A DNA stretch of 64,000 nucleotides from Octopus vulgaris. Lineage: Eukaryota. The stretch covers positions 27,776,001-27,840,000 of the forward strand of contig OX597821.1 in NCBI GenBank assembly GCA_951406725.2, given 5' to 3'. Shown piece after piece: positions 26,528 through 39,898 of the stretch. The notes beneath the pieces were generated by a model, which worked only from the letters and a program-made list of their open reading frames with translations, was not told where the DNA came from and ran no database searches. The position numbers were made by a program, and so were the translations under genes. Position 1 is the first letter of the stretch; every line of letters begins with the position of its first letter.

Positions 26528-27479
26528 TACATGGGCATAGATGTTGCTGTTTGTAAGCTCGTGGTTTTCCTCATGTCATGTTTTCTCCAGGCTAGGAAAT
26601 ATATATATTACTATATTTCTATGTTTAAGGAAGCTGTGTATGAAATATATTTAATTCCTTTAATAGAGTTAACTTTTTCTTTATTTCATATTTCTCCAAT
26701 CATACTGGTGTCGGTTTAAAATCTCATATTAAGATTTAAATGAATTTATCAAATATTAATCCGTACACGTATTCCATATTGATTTGCTACTTAGATGAAT
26801 TTAATAAGCAACCACAGGTGTCATAGACGATACTCTGGAAAGGGAAGCCAGCTCTCCTTGAAGATGCATTCTTTTAAATAGATATCAAATAGAAGACGCG
26901 GTTAATGTCCTCTGATGTTTTCCACTTAGACGATGACGTTAGAAGAGCAGAACTCTAAAACAATTGGTTTGGGGCTAAACACGAAGCCAAACACCACCGT
27001 GAATAATAAGAACGATTTTGTCTTATAAATTTGATGCATAATGTTGGAATGTAAATAAAGGAAATATTGAACTTTTGTGGAACGGTACTTGTTCACGTCA
27101 GAATCAGGATAATCATAATGAAGAAATGATGGTGTTAGCTGCGGTTGGAAGAGTAACATGACATGAAACATTGTACCATTTCGTCAGTGCTAGACGTCTT
27201 ATTGATTTTGGTGAGCCACAAGTCTGAAAATTGTAACTCAATAGATTTAATCAGCATTCCTTCGGTGGAAAATTTAACGCAAGGCTGATTTTTGGTTTCT
27301 TGTTAATCGGAAAATATCCGCTCCGTAGTGTATTAAATAAAGTAGTCCTACTCTATACGATAATTAAACTTGCAGTATAATCGCAATGTTATATATGAAC
27401 CGCATTTGTCTCTCTCTTTCTTCCAATCCCTATAACTAGCCATCCAACCAGACAGTTTCCATACATACATTTGCTGAAT

Positions 27480-27540
<61 letters not shown>

Positions 27541-27555
27541 CATACATGTTTTATG

Positions 27556-27611
<56 letters not shown>

Positions 27612-27615
27612 CATG

Positions 27616-27691
<76 letters not shown>

Positions 27692-27694
<3 letters not shown>

Positions 27695-27861
27695 GCGAGC
27701 TGGCAGAAACGTTAGCACGCACGGTGGAAATTCTAGCGGTATTTCGTCTGCAGTTACGTTCTGAGTTCAAATTCCAGTACCAGTTACGCGCTGGGGTCGA
27801 TTTAATCGACTTAATCCCTGTGTTTGTCCACTCTATGTTTAGCCCCTTGTGGGTAGTAAAG

Positions 27862-27865
<4 letters not shown>
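27692..27865 (+). mobile_element. SINE family B with internal deletion
   Basis: GAGTTCAAATTCC joins directly to AGTACCAG, so the central ~55 bp is missing. Confidence 0.88.
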
Positions 27866-27960
<95 letters not shown>

Positions 27961-28284
27961 TATGTGTGTGTGTGTGTGATGCATGTATATACACTTCCAG
28001 ATGTTTTGAAACATTTTAGGGGAGAGAGTTATAACCGCCCTAGATTAGAATAAATTGTTTGTATCATTTACATAATAAAAAATGACCAGTTCTGCGAGCA
28101 TTTAGTATTCCAGAATGAAGGAGACAGCTGTACCAAATCTTTAAACACACCCTACTAACCACTACATGTCACAGCTGACAAGTTTTCAGAATGCAGTAGG
28201 GGTATTTGGATGCTACTTATGCAAGAACGTTTTGCTTTAAACTGTACAAAAGGCTAGAGTAACTTATAAAATTATTCAGACTCT

Positions 28285-28755
28285 TTATACATTATATTTT
28301 TCGTTAGCTCAAGGAGTTCAAGGACGGCAGAGAAGAATTAAGAAACGATAACAGGTTTCAGTAGAAGAGTATCGTCAGAACATCAGAGGTGGTTGAGAAA
28401 GTTCATAATTTCCTAGATAAATCATTTCTGTCTCTATAAAGGCAATAAGCATAGAGTTTAGAGCTGCTATCGTAACAGTACGCAGAAATATTTATGAATA
28501 TCTATGCATGATAAAAGATTGTGGAAAGATTTTACTCTGGGTGTTCAATGACGGCATCCTGGTAATCTAATTATTTGACAGATATGAGCATCGAAACAAT
28601 CCCTCACCGTTCCTACAGTCGACACCTTGCTTCCTTAGACATTTACCTGTTCTCCAAGTCGAAGGAAAAAGTTAGGAGCAGTTGTATTGAAGATGAAGGA
28701 GTTTGGGACAACGGATCTGGACACATTCATGAAGCGGGTGGAGTATTACAAAATG
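28285..28755 (+). mobile_element. highly degenerate mariner fragment
   Basis: IETIPHRSYSRHLASLDIYLFSKSKEKVR resembles the PHPPYSPDLAPSDFxLF motif. Confidence 0.65.
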
Positions 28756-28790
28756 TACACACACGCACGGACACACACTAGACAAACACC

Positions 28791-28848
<58 letters not shown>

Positions 28849-28901
28849 TATGTATGTATATTTATATTATATATATATATTATATATATATTATTGTATA
28901 T

Positions 28902-28957
<56 letters not shown>

Positions 28958-28979
28958 CTTCTATTCTTATAATCATTTA

Positions 28980-29308
28980 CGTTTTTACTCAATTGGCTAC
29001 GCCCATGCTGGTGTACCACTTTAAAAGGCTTTTTGCTAGAAGTAATCCAGGAGAGTTTCTTTGTAACTCTAGTAATTATTCAATTGGACCGCTCAGTTAC
29101 GGGGACGTAAACTCACGAGCCTCGCTTATCAAGCGATGGTGTGGGAGAGAAACACAGACACAATGACACACACACACACACACATGAATATATATATGAT
29201 TATATAGGATATAATAGAGGACACTATCCAATGTTGCCACGCAGTGGGACTGTACACCGAACTATGTGTTTGAGAATAAAACTTCTTACCAGACAGTCAC
29301 GCCTGCGT
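28980..29308 (-). mobile_element. degenerate SINE family A
   Basis: GTTACGGGGACGTAAAC and GCCACGCAGTGGGACTG motifs. Confidence 0.8.
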
Positions 29309-29775
29309 CAATATATACAATTATACACGGGTTCATTCTAGTACTGAATAAACGGTAGGAAGGATTATACATTAGAGTATAGAAGTATAGAGTTGGAAAA
29401 AGTAAAAACCCTGTTAAACCTATTAGAGTTTGCCAACCAAACCCGCTTTCTGCCACTTGGTACTACCCAGTTTAGAAACCATGTTTCCATTGACAATTGA
29501 AAACATATGCCTATGTGCACAACAATGTACTTCTATACTGAAGCATATATATGTTCCGTTGTAAAGTATATCAATGAAACAGTGCATTTATGCCTGTGTC
29601 TGAATGTTCCAGTGTGTGTTTGAAATGCCGCGTTTCGTTTAAGGTCACCTGTTGAAACGAAAACACATACAGCGAAATCGATCATTAACGATCAGACACT
29701 AATTATGCGCTACAAGAGCGTTACACATTATACAGAGTATACAAAGATAATTAAATGAAGAAATTGCTTTCCTTC

Positions 29776-29957
29776 TATACATACATGCATACATACATAC
29801 ATACATACGTACATACATACGCACATAATACATACATACATATATACATACACACATATATAATACATACATACATATATACACACATACATACATACAT
29901 ACATACATACACACATACATACATACGTACATACATACATATATACATACATACATA
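29776..29957. repeat. (TACA)n microsatellite
   Basis: Direct reading. Confidence 0.95.
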
Positions 29958-31831
29958 GTAATATAATAAGAGTAAATAATAGTTTTAATAGTTTTTAAAA
30001 AAAAAACAACGATTATTTACGGGTAGATTTCGGCATGTAAATATAACCATTAACGGTAGGAACTTTTATAAAAATAGTTCAATATATATTTTTGTACATA
30101 AATAAAAGGAACATATATAAATACATACATACATACGTACATACGTGCGTACGTAGTTGCGTACATGCATGCATGTATGTAAGTGTGTATGTATGTATGT
30201 ATAAATGTGCGCACGTGTATGTAAGTTGGCAATTACTTCTGCAGAATATACACATATAAAAATTTTGTAATTCGTGTTTTATTGTTTACTAAGTAACTAT
30301 TTAATGAAATACTTGCATTGGTTTCTCAATGTCTTTGAACGTACATTTTGTAAAGGGAAGTATTTTTTATGTGGAAAGTAATTGATGAATCAAACAAGGT
30401 AATTACTCGCTTCCATGTTTGTCTTCATATATCTGACTGTATCATATACGTAAAAACGTGTGCGGCCTATTGTTATTCCCCCTCCACGCGCATTTGAAGT
30501 TCTGGTCGAGATGCTTTGGATATTCTTTGCATTGAATATCTGATTGCCAGTGGAAATCTGACTGTTTTAATCCGTTTTGTTTTACGTTTTAGACCTCATA
30601 TGTATGCACATACACGCGCGCTCACATAAAATTATGCACATATTCATGTGAGTGTGTTTGCATGCAAAAAGGTGTCTTTTGATATCAGCCTGCTCTGCAC
30701 CTCGGGAACTTAAGTGAGTGTCAGATTATAAGGGTGAGCGTGCAGAATATTTTTATTTTGAGATTGCTTTTCTGTTTGTGTTAAGCATTTACTTGCATAT
30801 GTCTATTACACTCAGAGCATTGATGGCCTGTTGCCAAATTAATGCGGCAGTCCGGGGAAAAGGAAGAATATTATTGTTATTTAGCCTCAAGAAACACCGT
30901 TTCTAGTTGGCTAGATGTAGTTCAATGAACCTAACGGCAAAATAATGGAACATGTATTGAAATGAAGCAAGATTAAATTTAATACATTCGTTCAAATATA
31001 TTTTATGCAAAACTTAGTGATGGTATAAAATCATAGTTCGGTAATAGGAAATAGGTAATATATATATAGCCGATATATCCTACAACCTTCTGAGTGTGGA
31101 AATACAAAATTAGAAATGCCTCACTGCAAAAGAAATATCGGAATTTATATATATTATTTACTAACTGGAACGACTTACAGTCATTTCGAAACTGCAAAGT
31201 ATATCCAAGAGCAGATTGAACAAATAACTACACTCGAATTCTCATCGAAATAAGTGTCAATATAATACAATCCAACACACTAGATAAAACATACTGAATG
31301 AACCCTTACATGTATAAACAACATCTCTTCCTCTAATGGAAGATACACCCAGGGGATTAGATTGTTTATAATTAATATAAAACATATCATAAAATATTAG
31401 TGGTAAGCCTGAACTAATATAAAGAACATTGCAGCAGAAAGGTGTGTTACAGAAGCGAGAACAAGAAGCCTATAATGAATACAGACACATGCATTCAATT
31501 CACGCGTGGAAAATCTAACAAAAATTACAAAAATGATTAAAAATGACAATTACTTACGACCATTTTCCGTGGCAAGTTTACATCAAGCTAATTAAAATTC
31601 CTTTTAAAAATATTTTTTTTTATATAATTCTTTCTCCTTTCTTCTGAGATTTTCCGAAATGCACCCATTCTATAATGCATGCAATCTTAAGATGTTCTCC
31701 CATGTTATATCGTTACATTTTCATTAGACTACTCCTTGCTTTACTTTTTCTGTTCTCTTTCATTACACTTTTCTCATATTTCCTCTTTACTCTACTGGCA
31801 TAGAATGCCTCCATCTCATATGTTTATTAAG

Positions 31832-31940
<109 letters not shown>

Positions 31941-31954
31941 GTGTGTGTGTGTAT

Positions 31955-33036
31955 CATAAGTTCTGTCTGAATTTTGAATAAGGAAAACAAGTAATCAAAT
32001 GTTATATTTAATTGAAATTTAATCATCAATGTACTTTCCTTAATTATCTATGACTACCTTCCATCTATTTACAAGTTTTTTTAATCCGATCAATGTAAAA
32101 TTATTTTGGTTTCAAAGCGAAGAACTCTGAAATGTCAGTTTTGACATCCTCCTGGCTTGCGAATGTTATTTCCCCGAAATGATTCTGTAAACTACGAAAT
32201 AAATGGTAGTTTGAAAGAGCAAGATCGAGAGAATATGGTGGATGAGGAATTTTTTTCACAAACAACCTCTTCGATCTTCTGAGATGTAATCTTTGCAGTG
32301 TTGAGTCACGTACTGTCCTGATGAAACACCACTCCTTTTCGATTCACTAAAGCGGGTTTTTTTCTTCAAAGGTTGGTTAAAACGCACTAATTTCTGACAT
32401 TAGACTTGGGCATTTATTGTTGCATTACGTGGTAACAATTCAAAGGGCATTACTACTTTGCAATCCTACCTGATAAAGAGAAGAACCTTTTTCCATGAAG
32501 TTCCCATTTCGGTTGTGGAAGAGATTTTTTTCCTTTTACCAAGCCACTGTTTAAAGCTTACATTTCGATTTTTCGTCACAAGTCTATCCAAAAAGAGTGA
32601 AATGAGTTCACGAGAATGGAGAAAAGAGCAAATGCCAAAGTTGAGATTTTCGATTGCTTTCGGAAAATTCACGAGGCATCCATTTTCCAAGTTGTTGAAG
32701 ATGACCATCGTCTGCAAGTTCTTTCATTCAAGCATTTTTTCCCATTAACTGAGTGTATGTTTCGCTTCGCTTCGGTTGCAGAGTTTTCATTTTTGTACTC
32801 ATAAAGTATTATGTACCTTAAATGCTCTTTTGATACTTCCATGTTAGAAAGGGTTTTAATCAAAGACATTTTAACCCAATTATTCTGTAAAATAATAATT
32901 AACTAGTTTATATGTACACAAATGCATAAATATAAATGTATAATCCATTAGACATTCTAAAATGCTATTAAATTTCATTCAATTATAAAGAAGGTATAAT
33001 TGGACAGATGGACAGAACTTATGGGATGACCTGATA
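31955..33036 (-). mobile_element. mariner transposon with both TIR remnants, transposase pseudogene
   Basis: TIR core CATAAGTTCTGTC on the left and GACAGAACTTATG on the right. Reads MEVSKEHLRYIILYEYKNENSATEAKRNIHSVNG...RTCRRW, FHQDSTxLN and PPYSLDLAL. Confidence 0.9.
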
Positions 33037-33057
33037 TATATATATGTATATATATAT

Positions 33058-33345
33058 ATGAATAAAAAATGGAGTTAACGCAGGTGTAAACAAATATTTT
33101 TACTTTCGACACATGTTTCGAAAATTCCACTGATACTATTCAAAAGAATAAATGGTATAAACAATGCAATCTTCTCCTCAGGAAAGTGAAAAAAACGAAA
33201 CTCGTCAATAAGACATTTTAGCAAAAAATGATGGATTTGTATAGCGATAGACAGAACGCTATTAATACTGTTTAAAAAAACGTTATATGGTATAACGTCA
33301 TAAGTAGCTAACGGAAAGAGTAAGGATATTAATAGTGAATGTTAA
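33058..33345 (-). mobile_element. Penelope-like pseudo-LTR fragment in (TA)n
   Basis: Contains a complete hammerhead core. Its start (ATGAATAAA...AATGGAGT...TACTTTCGACACATGTTTCGAA) resembles 63143-63220. Confidence 0.6.
33103..33186 (-). ncRNA. type I hammerhead ribozyme motif, intact core
   Basis: CTTTC-CTGAGGA-GAAGATTGCA...TGGAATTTTC-GAAA-CATGTG-TC-GAAAG. Stem I is CTTTC/GAAAG, stem III is the palindrome ACATGT, and the cleavage triplet is GTC. Confidence 0.78.
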
Positions 33346-33383
<38 letters not shown>

Positions 33384-33432
33384 ATACATATGTGTATATA
33401 TGTATATATATTCATACATATACAGACATATA

Positions 33433-33496
<64 letters not shown>

Positions 33497-33512
33497 TATG
33501 TGTGTGTATAAG

Positions 33513-33776
33513 TGACCGAGATCTTTGGTGAAATCGTAGTTATAGCCATTACCAATGTCATATAAATAGCGTCCGCGAAATCGTATTCGTGGCCGTCGCC
33601 GGTGGCACTTAAGAAACGCGCATTACACTCTCGCTGTGGTTGGCATTAGGAAGGGCATTAAGGCATACAAACTATGCCAAATCAGACTGGGACCTAGTGC
33701 AGATTTCCGGGTTACCAGTTTAAATTAAACAGTTATACACATGCCACCATGAAAAACCTACGTTAAATGATGATGC
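33513..33776 (+). mobile_element. old SINE-like element with (TGA)n tail
   Basis: GTGGTTGGCATTAGGAAGGGCATT motif and a CGTTAAATGATGATG end. Confidence 0.55.
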
Positions 33777-34009
33777 ACATGATATATAGTGCTTTTCCTT
33801 CATAAAGTATCGGTAATTTTAAATTGCATTTCACTAAATGTTTTAATTCACTAGCTTATACGGTTGTACTGCTGTGGAACATCCCAGCGGTCAGTTTATA
33901 CGTTTAGTTACATATTTCTTCGTACGCATACATAACGGTCTTGGTCTATGTAAGTAAAATAACTGGCTTTTATATTTCGTTATAGACCACATCACTTATC
34001 TCATTTTTA

Positions 34010-34165
34010 TATTGGTTTCAAATTTTAGCACAGGCCAGCAAATTTCAGGAATAGGAAATTCGATTACATCGATCCCAGTGCTTAATTAAGTATTTAATTT
34101 GTCGACCCCGAAAAGATGAAAGGAAACGTCGACTCTGGCGACATTCAAACCTAGAACGCAAAGAC
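34010..34165 (-). mobile_element. degenerate SINE family B-like fragment
   Basis: TCGATTACATCGATCCCAGTG...GTCGACCCCGAAAAGATGAAAGG. Confidence 0.7.
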
Positions 34166-34221
34166 GCGTTAACTATTAGAGCAGTTCACTGCATTCAAAG
34201 CAATGTATTATTAAACTACCA

Positions 34222-34425
34222 TAAGGTGATGAGCTGAGCTGCCAGAGTCAGTAGCACACTGGGCAAAATGCTGAGCTCATTTCCTCCGCCTTTACGTTCT
34301 CTGTTAAAATACTTTCGAGGTTGATCTTGCCGTTTATCATTCATTGGTCGATGAAAATATGTACCAGTTGATCACTAAGGTCGATGTCATCGACTAGTCC
34401 CTGTCCCGTTATTTTTGTCATTGTA
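34222..34425 (+). mobile_element. degenerate SINE family B-like
   Basis: AAGGTGATGAGCTG...AGCACACTGGGCAAAATGC...GGTCGATGAAAATATGTACCAGTTG. Confidence 0.65.
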
Positions 34426-34690
34426 CCAAATAATTGAAATCGATATTACTTCGTTTGACTTGTGCTTATTTCATTATTAAAACGAAATACAAAACAGAAT
34501 AAAGCACTAGAAACTATGCACACATTACCTTTTTATTAAATCAATCAATGGCGTAACTAAACAATTAACATACACTTCTAACAGGTGCAGGAGTGTTTCG
34601 TAAAATGTCTGCGTGGTACCATTGTCTTGTAGGTGGATTTGGTAGAAGGAAACCGAAAGAAGTCCGTCATATATATATATATATATATAG

Positions 34691-34709
<19 letters not shown>

Positions 34710-34721
<12 letters not shown>

Positions 34722-34923
34722 TTAGAGACAAAATTGTAGTGGCGGTTTTTTTGACTTTTTATTAAAATTTTATGTATTGATTAAGTCTTTCCTTGTTTGT
34801 TTTGCAAAATAGTGGTTTTGTCTCTAATAATATTATATAATATTATATAATATTTTACTATAAAATTGGATTTAATCCTAAATCTGATTTTTTCCTGTAA
34901 ATTTGGATTTATTCCCTAATATT

Positions 34924-34930
<7 letters not shown>
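34710..34930. mobile_element. short foldback element with 24-bp inverted arms embedded in (TA)n
   Basis: TATATAATATTATTAGAGACAAAA (34710-34733) and TTTTGTCTCTAATAATATTATATA (34816-34839), followed by a unique tail. The architecture matches the 62520 and 63142 elements. Confidence 0.55.
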
Positions 34931-34989
<59 letters not shown>

Positions 34990-34990
34990 G

Positions 34991-36240
34991 TAGAAGTAAA
35001 TATATGGCACAGCGAAGTACTGATATTTACTGGAAAATAGCGAACGTAATAAATACGACGCTAATGTATAGCTTCACCGTGTATGTATTAGCAAAAATGC
35101 GTGTGTGCAACAAACTTGAAAACAATTGTCTTACCTACAGGGAGAACATCTGAAAGATGAAATACCTAGAAAGGGATAATGTGGGACCGGTTTCAGATTT
35201 TTCAAGATATGTCTGCACACATATACTTGATTTATCTTCATCAGCCAACATATACCCGACAACATTTCAGATGTTGCCACATCAATGCCAATACACTCGA
35301 CTGAAACGCCAAAACGCTGACAGAACGAGAACAGTGAAGAAGTTTCAATAAAAATAGTACTGCAATACGAGAGTATTGCTTTCCAGTAAAGAATAGCCCG
35401 TGAGGGAAAATTATACATAGAATTAAATATATGGCACAACGAAGTTCCGATAGTTACTGGAAAATAGCGAACGTAATAAATACGACGCTAATGTATAGCT
35501 TCACCGTGCATGAATTAGCAAAAATGCGTGTGTACAACAAACTTGAAAAAAATTGGTACCATGTGATTTGAATGAAAATCAGAAAATGCGCAGATATGAA
35601 ATTTGCTCGTTGCTTCTTCTCCGTAACCAGGCCAATCAATATCTCGACTGTATTGTAACTTACAATGGAAAGTGGATTATGTACAATAATTAAAAGATTA
35701 AGCCTTCTTCGCAGTGGTTGAACCAAATTGAAGCAAAGAAAACCTTATCTAAACTCGAACTCTTAGAGAAGAATGTTATGATGGTTGTTTGGTGGTGTAC
35801 TGCTGAACCTATCCACTATAACTTTCTAAAACCCAGCACAACCATTACTGCAGAAACATATTGCAATAAAATATCAAAAATAAACGAAAAACTGCTACTT
35901 TTCTGGACTGGTCAACAGAAGAAGGAATTTGGCTACGAACTTCTTTATCACCCAGCTTATTCCTCAGTCCTTTCTCCTTCCGAGGACCATTCTTTCAAGC
36001 AACTTGATGGTTTCCTGCGTGACATGTTCAAGGATCAAACCGATGCTCAAAGTGTGTTCAAAGAGTTCATCAGCCCCAGAACTCCAGATTGTTTTTCATA
36101 GTGGAAATAATAATCTTGTAATTCGTCCCCAAATATGTTTTGATTGTAATGGTACTTATTTTGATGAATAAATTATACGCATTATGGATATATATTGTTA
36201 TGAATTTCCTGTTTCAAAACGTCTCTTACTTTTACTCAGC

Positions 36241-36245
<5 letters not shown>
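34991..36245 (+). mobile_element. degenerate mariner with an internal ~130-bp duplication
   Basis: KNVMMVVWWCTAEPIHYNFLKPSTTITAETYC and HPAYSSVLSPSEDHSFKQLD. Right TIR-like ACTTTTACTCAGCCTGATA. 34991-35122 is repeated at 35418-35549. Confidence 0.85.
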
Positions 36246-36289
<44 letters not shown>

Positions 36290-36324
36290 GCGTGTGTGTG
36301 TGTGTATCCTTGTGTATGTATCTT

Positions 36325-36525
36325 TGTATCTGCGTTTGACTCCCTCCCCCATCACTACCGGTGTTGGTATGCTTACGTCACGGTAACTTACGGTTCTACA
36401 AATAATGCCGAAAAATATGTCCAAGGCATAAAAAATAAGTCCTGTGCAGATTTGCTCTACTAAAATCCTTCGGGGTGGTACTCCTTCATGGCCGGGCTCA
36501 AATGTCTGAAATAAGTAAAAGAATA
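36325..36525 (+). mobile_element. SINE family A 3' half, degenerate
   Basis: CCGGTGTTGGTATGCTTACGTCACGGTAACTTA...GAAATAAGTAAAAGAATAAAAG. Confidence 0.7.
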
Positions 36526-38192
36526 AAAGAAAATTCTTCACCTACATTTAAAGTTCTTCGAAACTTGCTTAGTAATATATTCATCCTTTGTAAATCTTAT
36601 ATAAATATGAATTCTCTGTTATAATAAATGTCAATTATTTGTTTCTTCAAATAAAACTGTAGTTTACCCTTTCTCTAAACGCCATTTCTCTAGAGAAATC
36701 TTGAAATTTCAAAATTTAAATATCTCGTTTCTCTTTCGCTACGACGTGTCAACCTTTGCAACACTTTATCTTTGACAGCCCTTGTGATTTCCCATACCTG
36801 TATACTTGATTAATGACAATTTTAAACAGTAAATGGTTATCCTCTCTCGACGTCTCGACTGTAAGAAGTACTACATTCTACACGCTTCACGCCGTATACA
36901 AATTTATTTATGGTAGTTCTAAAGCTTCACATAATTTCAAAAACTTGCGTTTCAATGCAACTTAGGAGATATTTCTAATAAATATTTGCCTCATCACTTT
37001 GTGTCATGTCCTATGTTTATTTAAAGTAGTTCATGTTTATATAATTAAAGAGTCTTCCATTATAGATATATATATATTTGCGCTCGCGTGCCTGAGTGCG
37101 TATGTGCTTGTGTATATATATATATAGAGAGAGAGAGACAGACAGACAGTGACAGTCAGAGTAATCGAGCGGGTGTGATTGGGGGAAAACTAGAGTGAGG
37201 AAAGCAAAGAGAGGTGTGAGTGAAGAGTAGACAGAGAGATAATATTTTGTGTGTGATGTAGAATGATTTAGATATATACTTATTGGTTGTGTTAGATGAT
37301 TCGTTGATGGAGATCAATAATTCTCCATTGCAGTAATTAATTTATACTAATGTAAATCTACCCGTAAAAGAATTATCTCGAAACATGTGTAACATCAATC
37401 GAATTTAGATTTCATTAGATTGAAGTTTTCTGTTGAGCTGTTTTCTGTAAGAAACAAATTATGATAAAGTGTATACGTCTATTCTGATTTGCTGCTGTCC
37501 ATTTCCGATTTTCATTTACTATTAATAATGATGCTTCTTTCATTGTTAAATATGCATTCCTTTTTATGTTTGTATTATATGTATAGGTTTGCTGGTAAAC
37601 TTGCTTATTCTTTTGAATTTAAATGTCAGTTTCGATTCGTAAATATAATCCATTACTTATAATCATTTTTTCTTTTCAATGTCGCTATGTCAAATATTTA
37701 TTCCGAATTACTCATCTACAGCCTTTTGTTTAAAATGTATACATGAATGAGATTTTGTTTTGAAAATGGAATATTTTTGAAATAAAGTAAAATGTATTTA
37801 GTTGTTTATTGAAATCAATTATGTGAGTGAAGCACATAGGTAAGATATGTCGACGCATTTAGCTGAGATAAAGATGAACTCCAATGCAATTATAGCGTGA
37901 TTCTAATCAATTAACACTTGATTAGGAGGCAAGTTATTATTATTACACATTTGAATAATTCCATTCAGAAAGCAGTTTCTATAATGTAATATTGAGTTAT
38001 TCCACCACTGTTACGTGTTATTCTATGCTATAGAAAGAAAATCAAATTTATTTTCATGCACATCATACCATTCATAAAAAATAATGCATAACGTTTTCAA
38101 TGTTATTCGATAATCATACCTTGCAAGCATTTTATCATAGGTGTTCTAAATCAGTTGCTAATTTGCCTACCACTGTACTCGTATATACAATA

Positions 38193-38544
38193 CTAGTACT
38201 ATGACCAGGCAACGCCGGGTCATAGTGCCAGTGCATGCATATACAGGTGCGTGCGTGCGCACATACACGCGAGTACTGTCCAAATCTCCGACCAATCGCA
38301 TACAGCTAGCTGGCATTCAATTGGCGTATCAAGTTTCGGGCATTTTGATTGCGTTTTGGATAGAAAATTCACAAAAAAGACACTTTTGTTGATTTTTAAT
38401 GACTTTGCGGGGTGATTGGGAAAATGTAAAGATGTGCACGACCACCCTTGGATTGTTTTGAATGACCATAGAAAGTGCGAACCGTCTAACTGAAAAATTG
38501 TGGACACGCACACAGACATTTTGCCGTTTATATATAGAGAAAGA
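38193..38544 (-). mobile_element. non-autonomous Helitron
   Basis: Minus strand starts A|TC TTTCTCTATATATAAACGGC and ends with hairpin ACTATGACCCGGC-GTT-GCCTGGTCATAGT followed by A-CTAG|T. AT target site, no TSD. Confidence 0.85.
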
Positions 38545-38811
38545 TATCTAAAAATACTTGTCTGAATGCTGAAAACCAGACATTCTTAGGTTCGTATTGA
38601 CTTTTAGCGAGTGTATGTTCATCACAACATTTGTTTACCTTTTTGAAATTAATTTACAAATTTGTATTTTCCCACGTCAAAATTATTCCTTTTGGACATT
38701 TGTAGAAATCTAATGTATTGCTGTTCTTTGAATTAAATCTTTCATCATGCATTATAAATTATTTATTTTTAAAAAAAAACTATTAATTTTATCAACTCCA
38801 AATAAGAACTC

Positions 38812-39227
38812 GGATCTTTTCGGTTTGAACGGCAGTTTTTAACATAATTTCTAGGTATCTAAAACATTTTAAACTTCGTATACTGGTAGAATGTGTTCAT
38901 AAAAACATCTTTTTCTCTTGGCTTTATTGAGAAAATTCTATAGTTTGAAAGATATTTGTTGTTTTTTTTCTTCAATTTCTGGAATTTCAACCAATCAATG
39001 ACGTGTATTGAGGTTATAAACATTCTGTGTCGTATGAATTAGTCCCTCGTTTAAGAAACATATTGGGTTTATTTACATTCGTGAAGAAAAAAGATACCCT
39101 TCCCCCACCCCTAACCCTAACCCTGAAATAGATTGAAATGCAATAGATCGATACTAGGGTCATAATTATGGGTAACAATTTCATATGACACCGCTAGAAA
39201 AAACTGCCGTTCAAACCGAAAAGATCC
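38812..39227 (-). mobile_element. MITE with 28-bp GG-starting TIRs and 8-bp TSD (Merlin-like)
   Basis: TIR GGATCTTTTCGGTTTGAACGGCAGTTTT at both ends. TSD AAGAACTC at 38804-38811 and 39228-39235. Internal CCCTAACCCTAACCCT. Confidence 0.92.
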
Positions 39228-39898
39228 AAGAACTCTTATTATATTGAAAATGACGGGTATTTAAAGCATCATGGATATAGGATGTGTATTGAAACTATTT
39301 AATTTCATGGAGTGGTTTATGACGTATTGATGTATATAATAGATGAACGTGCCAAAGTTTATTTATGGTTGAAGATATCTAAATCGCTACAATTTTTGAA
39401 ATTCAATAACGATTATATTTATGAAAGACATGGAAAACAGTTAATTGAAATTATTTTTAGGATATTATATGACAATTCTTAATGGTAGCATGAAATATAA
39501 AACATGAAACAACTTTGCTCACTGCTAAAATATGTTTGGCATATGAAAATGAATTAAAGTACAAATTTAATGTAAAAGTGTCATGACCAGATAAAATATT
39601 ATGAACGTTTTTTAAGAAGGCAAATTGTAAATGTTAACGAATATCAGCAGAAACTATTCTGGAATATTGTTGGATAGAAAGGTCATGAGTGAAATACAAA
39701 ACAGAGCGAAGTTGTATCAGATAAGTAAATCCAATTGCAACTGGTTAAACGAAAGATTTTCGGAACAGATGTTTGAACGATATTAAAAGAAAAACTAGCA
39801 TGTTTAATGAGGGTGAGAAAGAAGTAATATTCGCATGGTGTGGTATACGCAAAGATTATGGAAAGAAAAGTAGAATCAAAAGCAAACATATAAATATG

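Noticed and set aside
26780-27230. Unique sequence with an 81-aa minus-strand ORF and a weak acceptor
   Set aside because: No recognisable protein motif and no clear donor.
35125-35170. Possible 15-nt minus-strand microexon (TTTCAG|ATGTTCTCCCTGTAG|GTAAG)
   Set aside because: It lies within a mariner-derived region and a chance match is likely.
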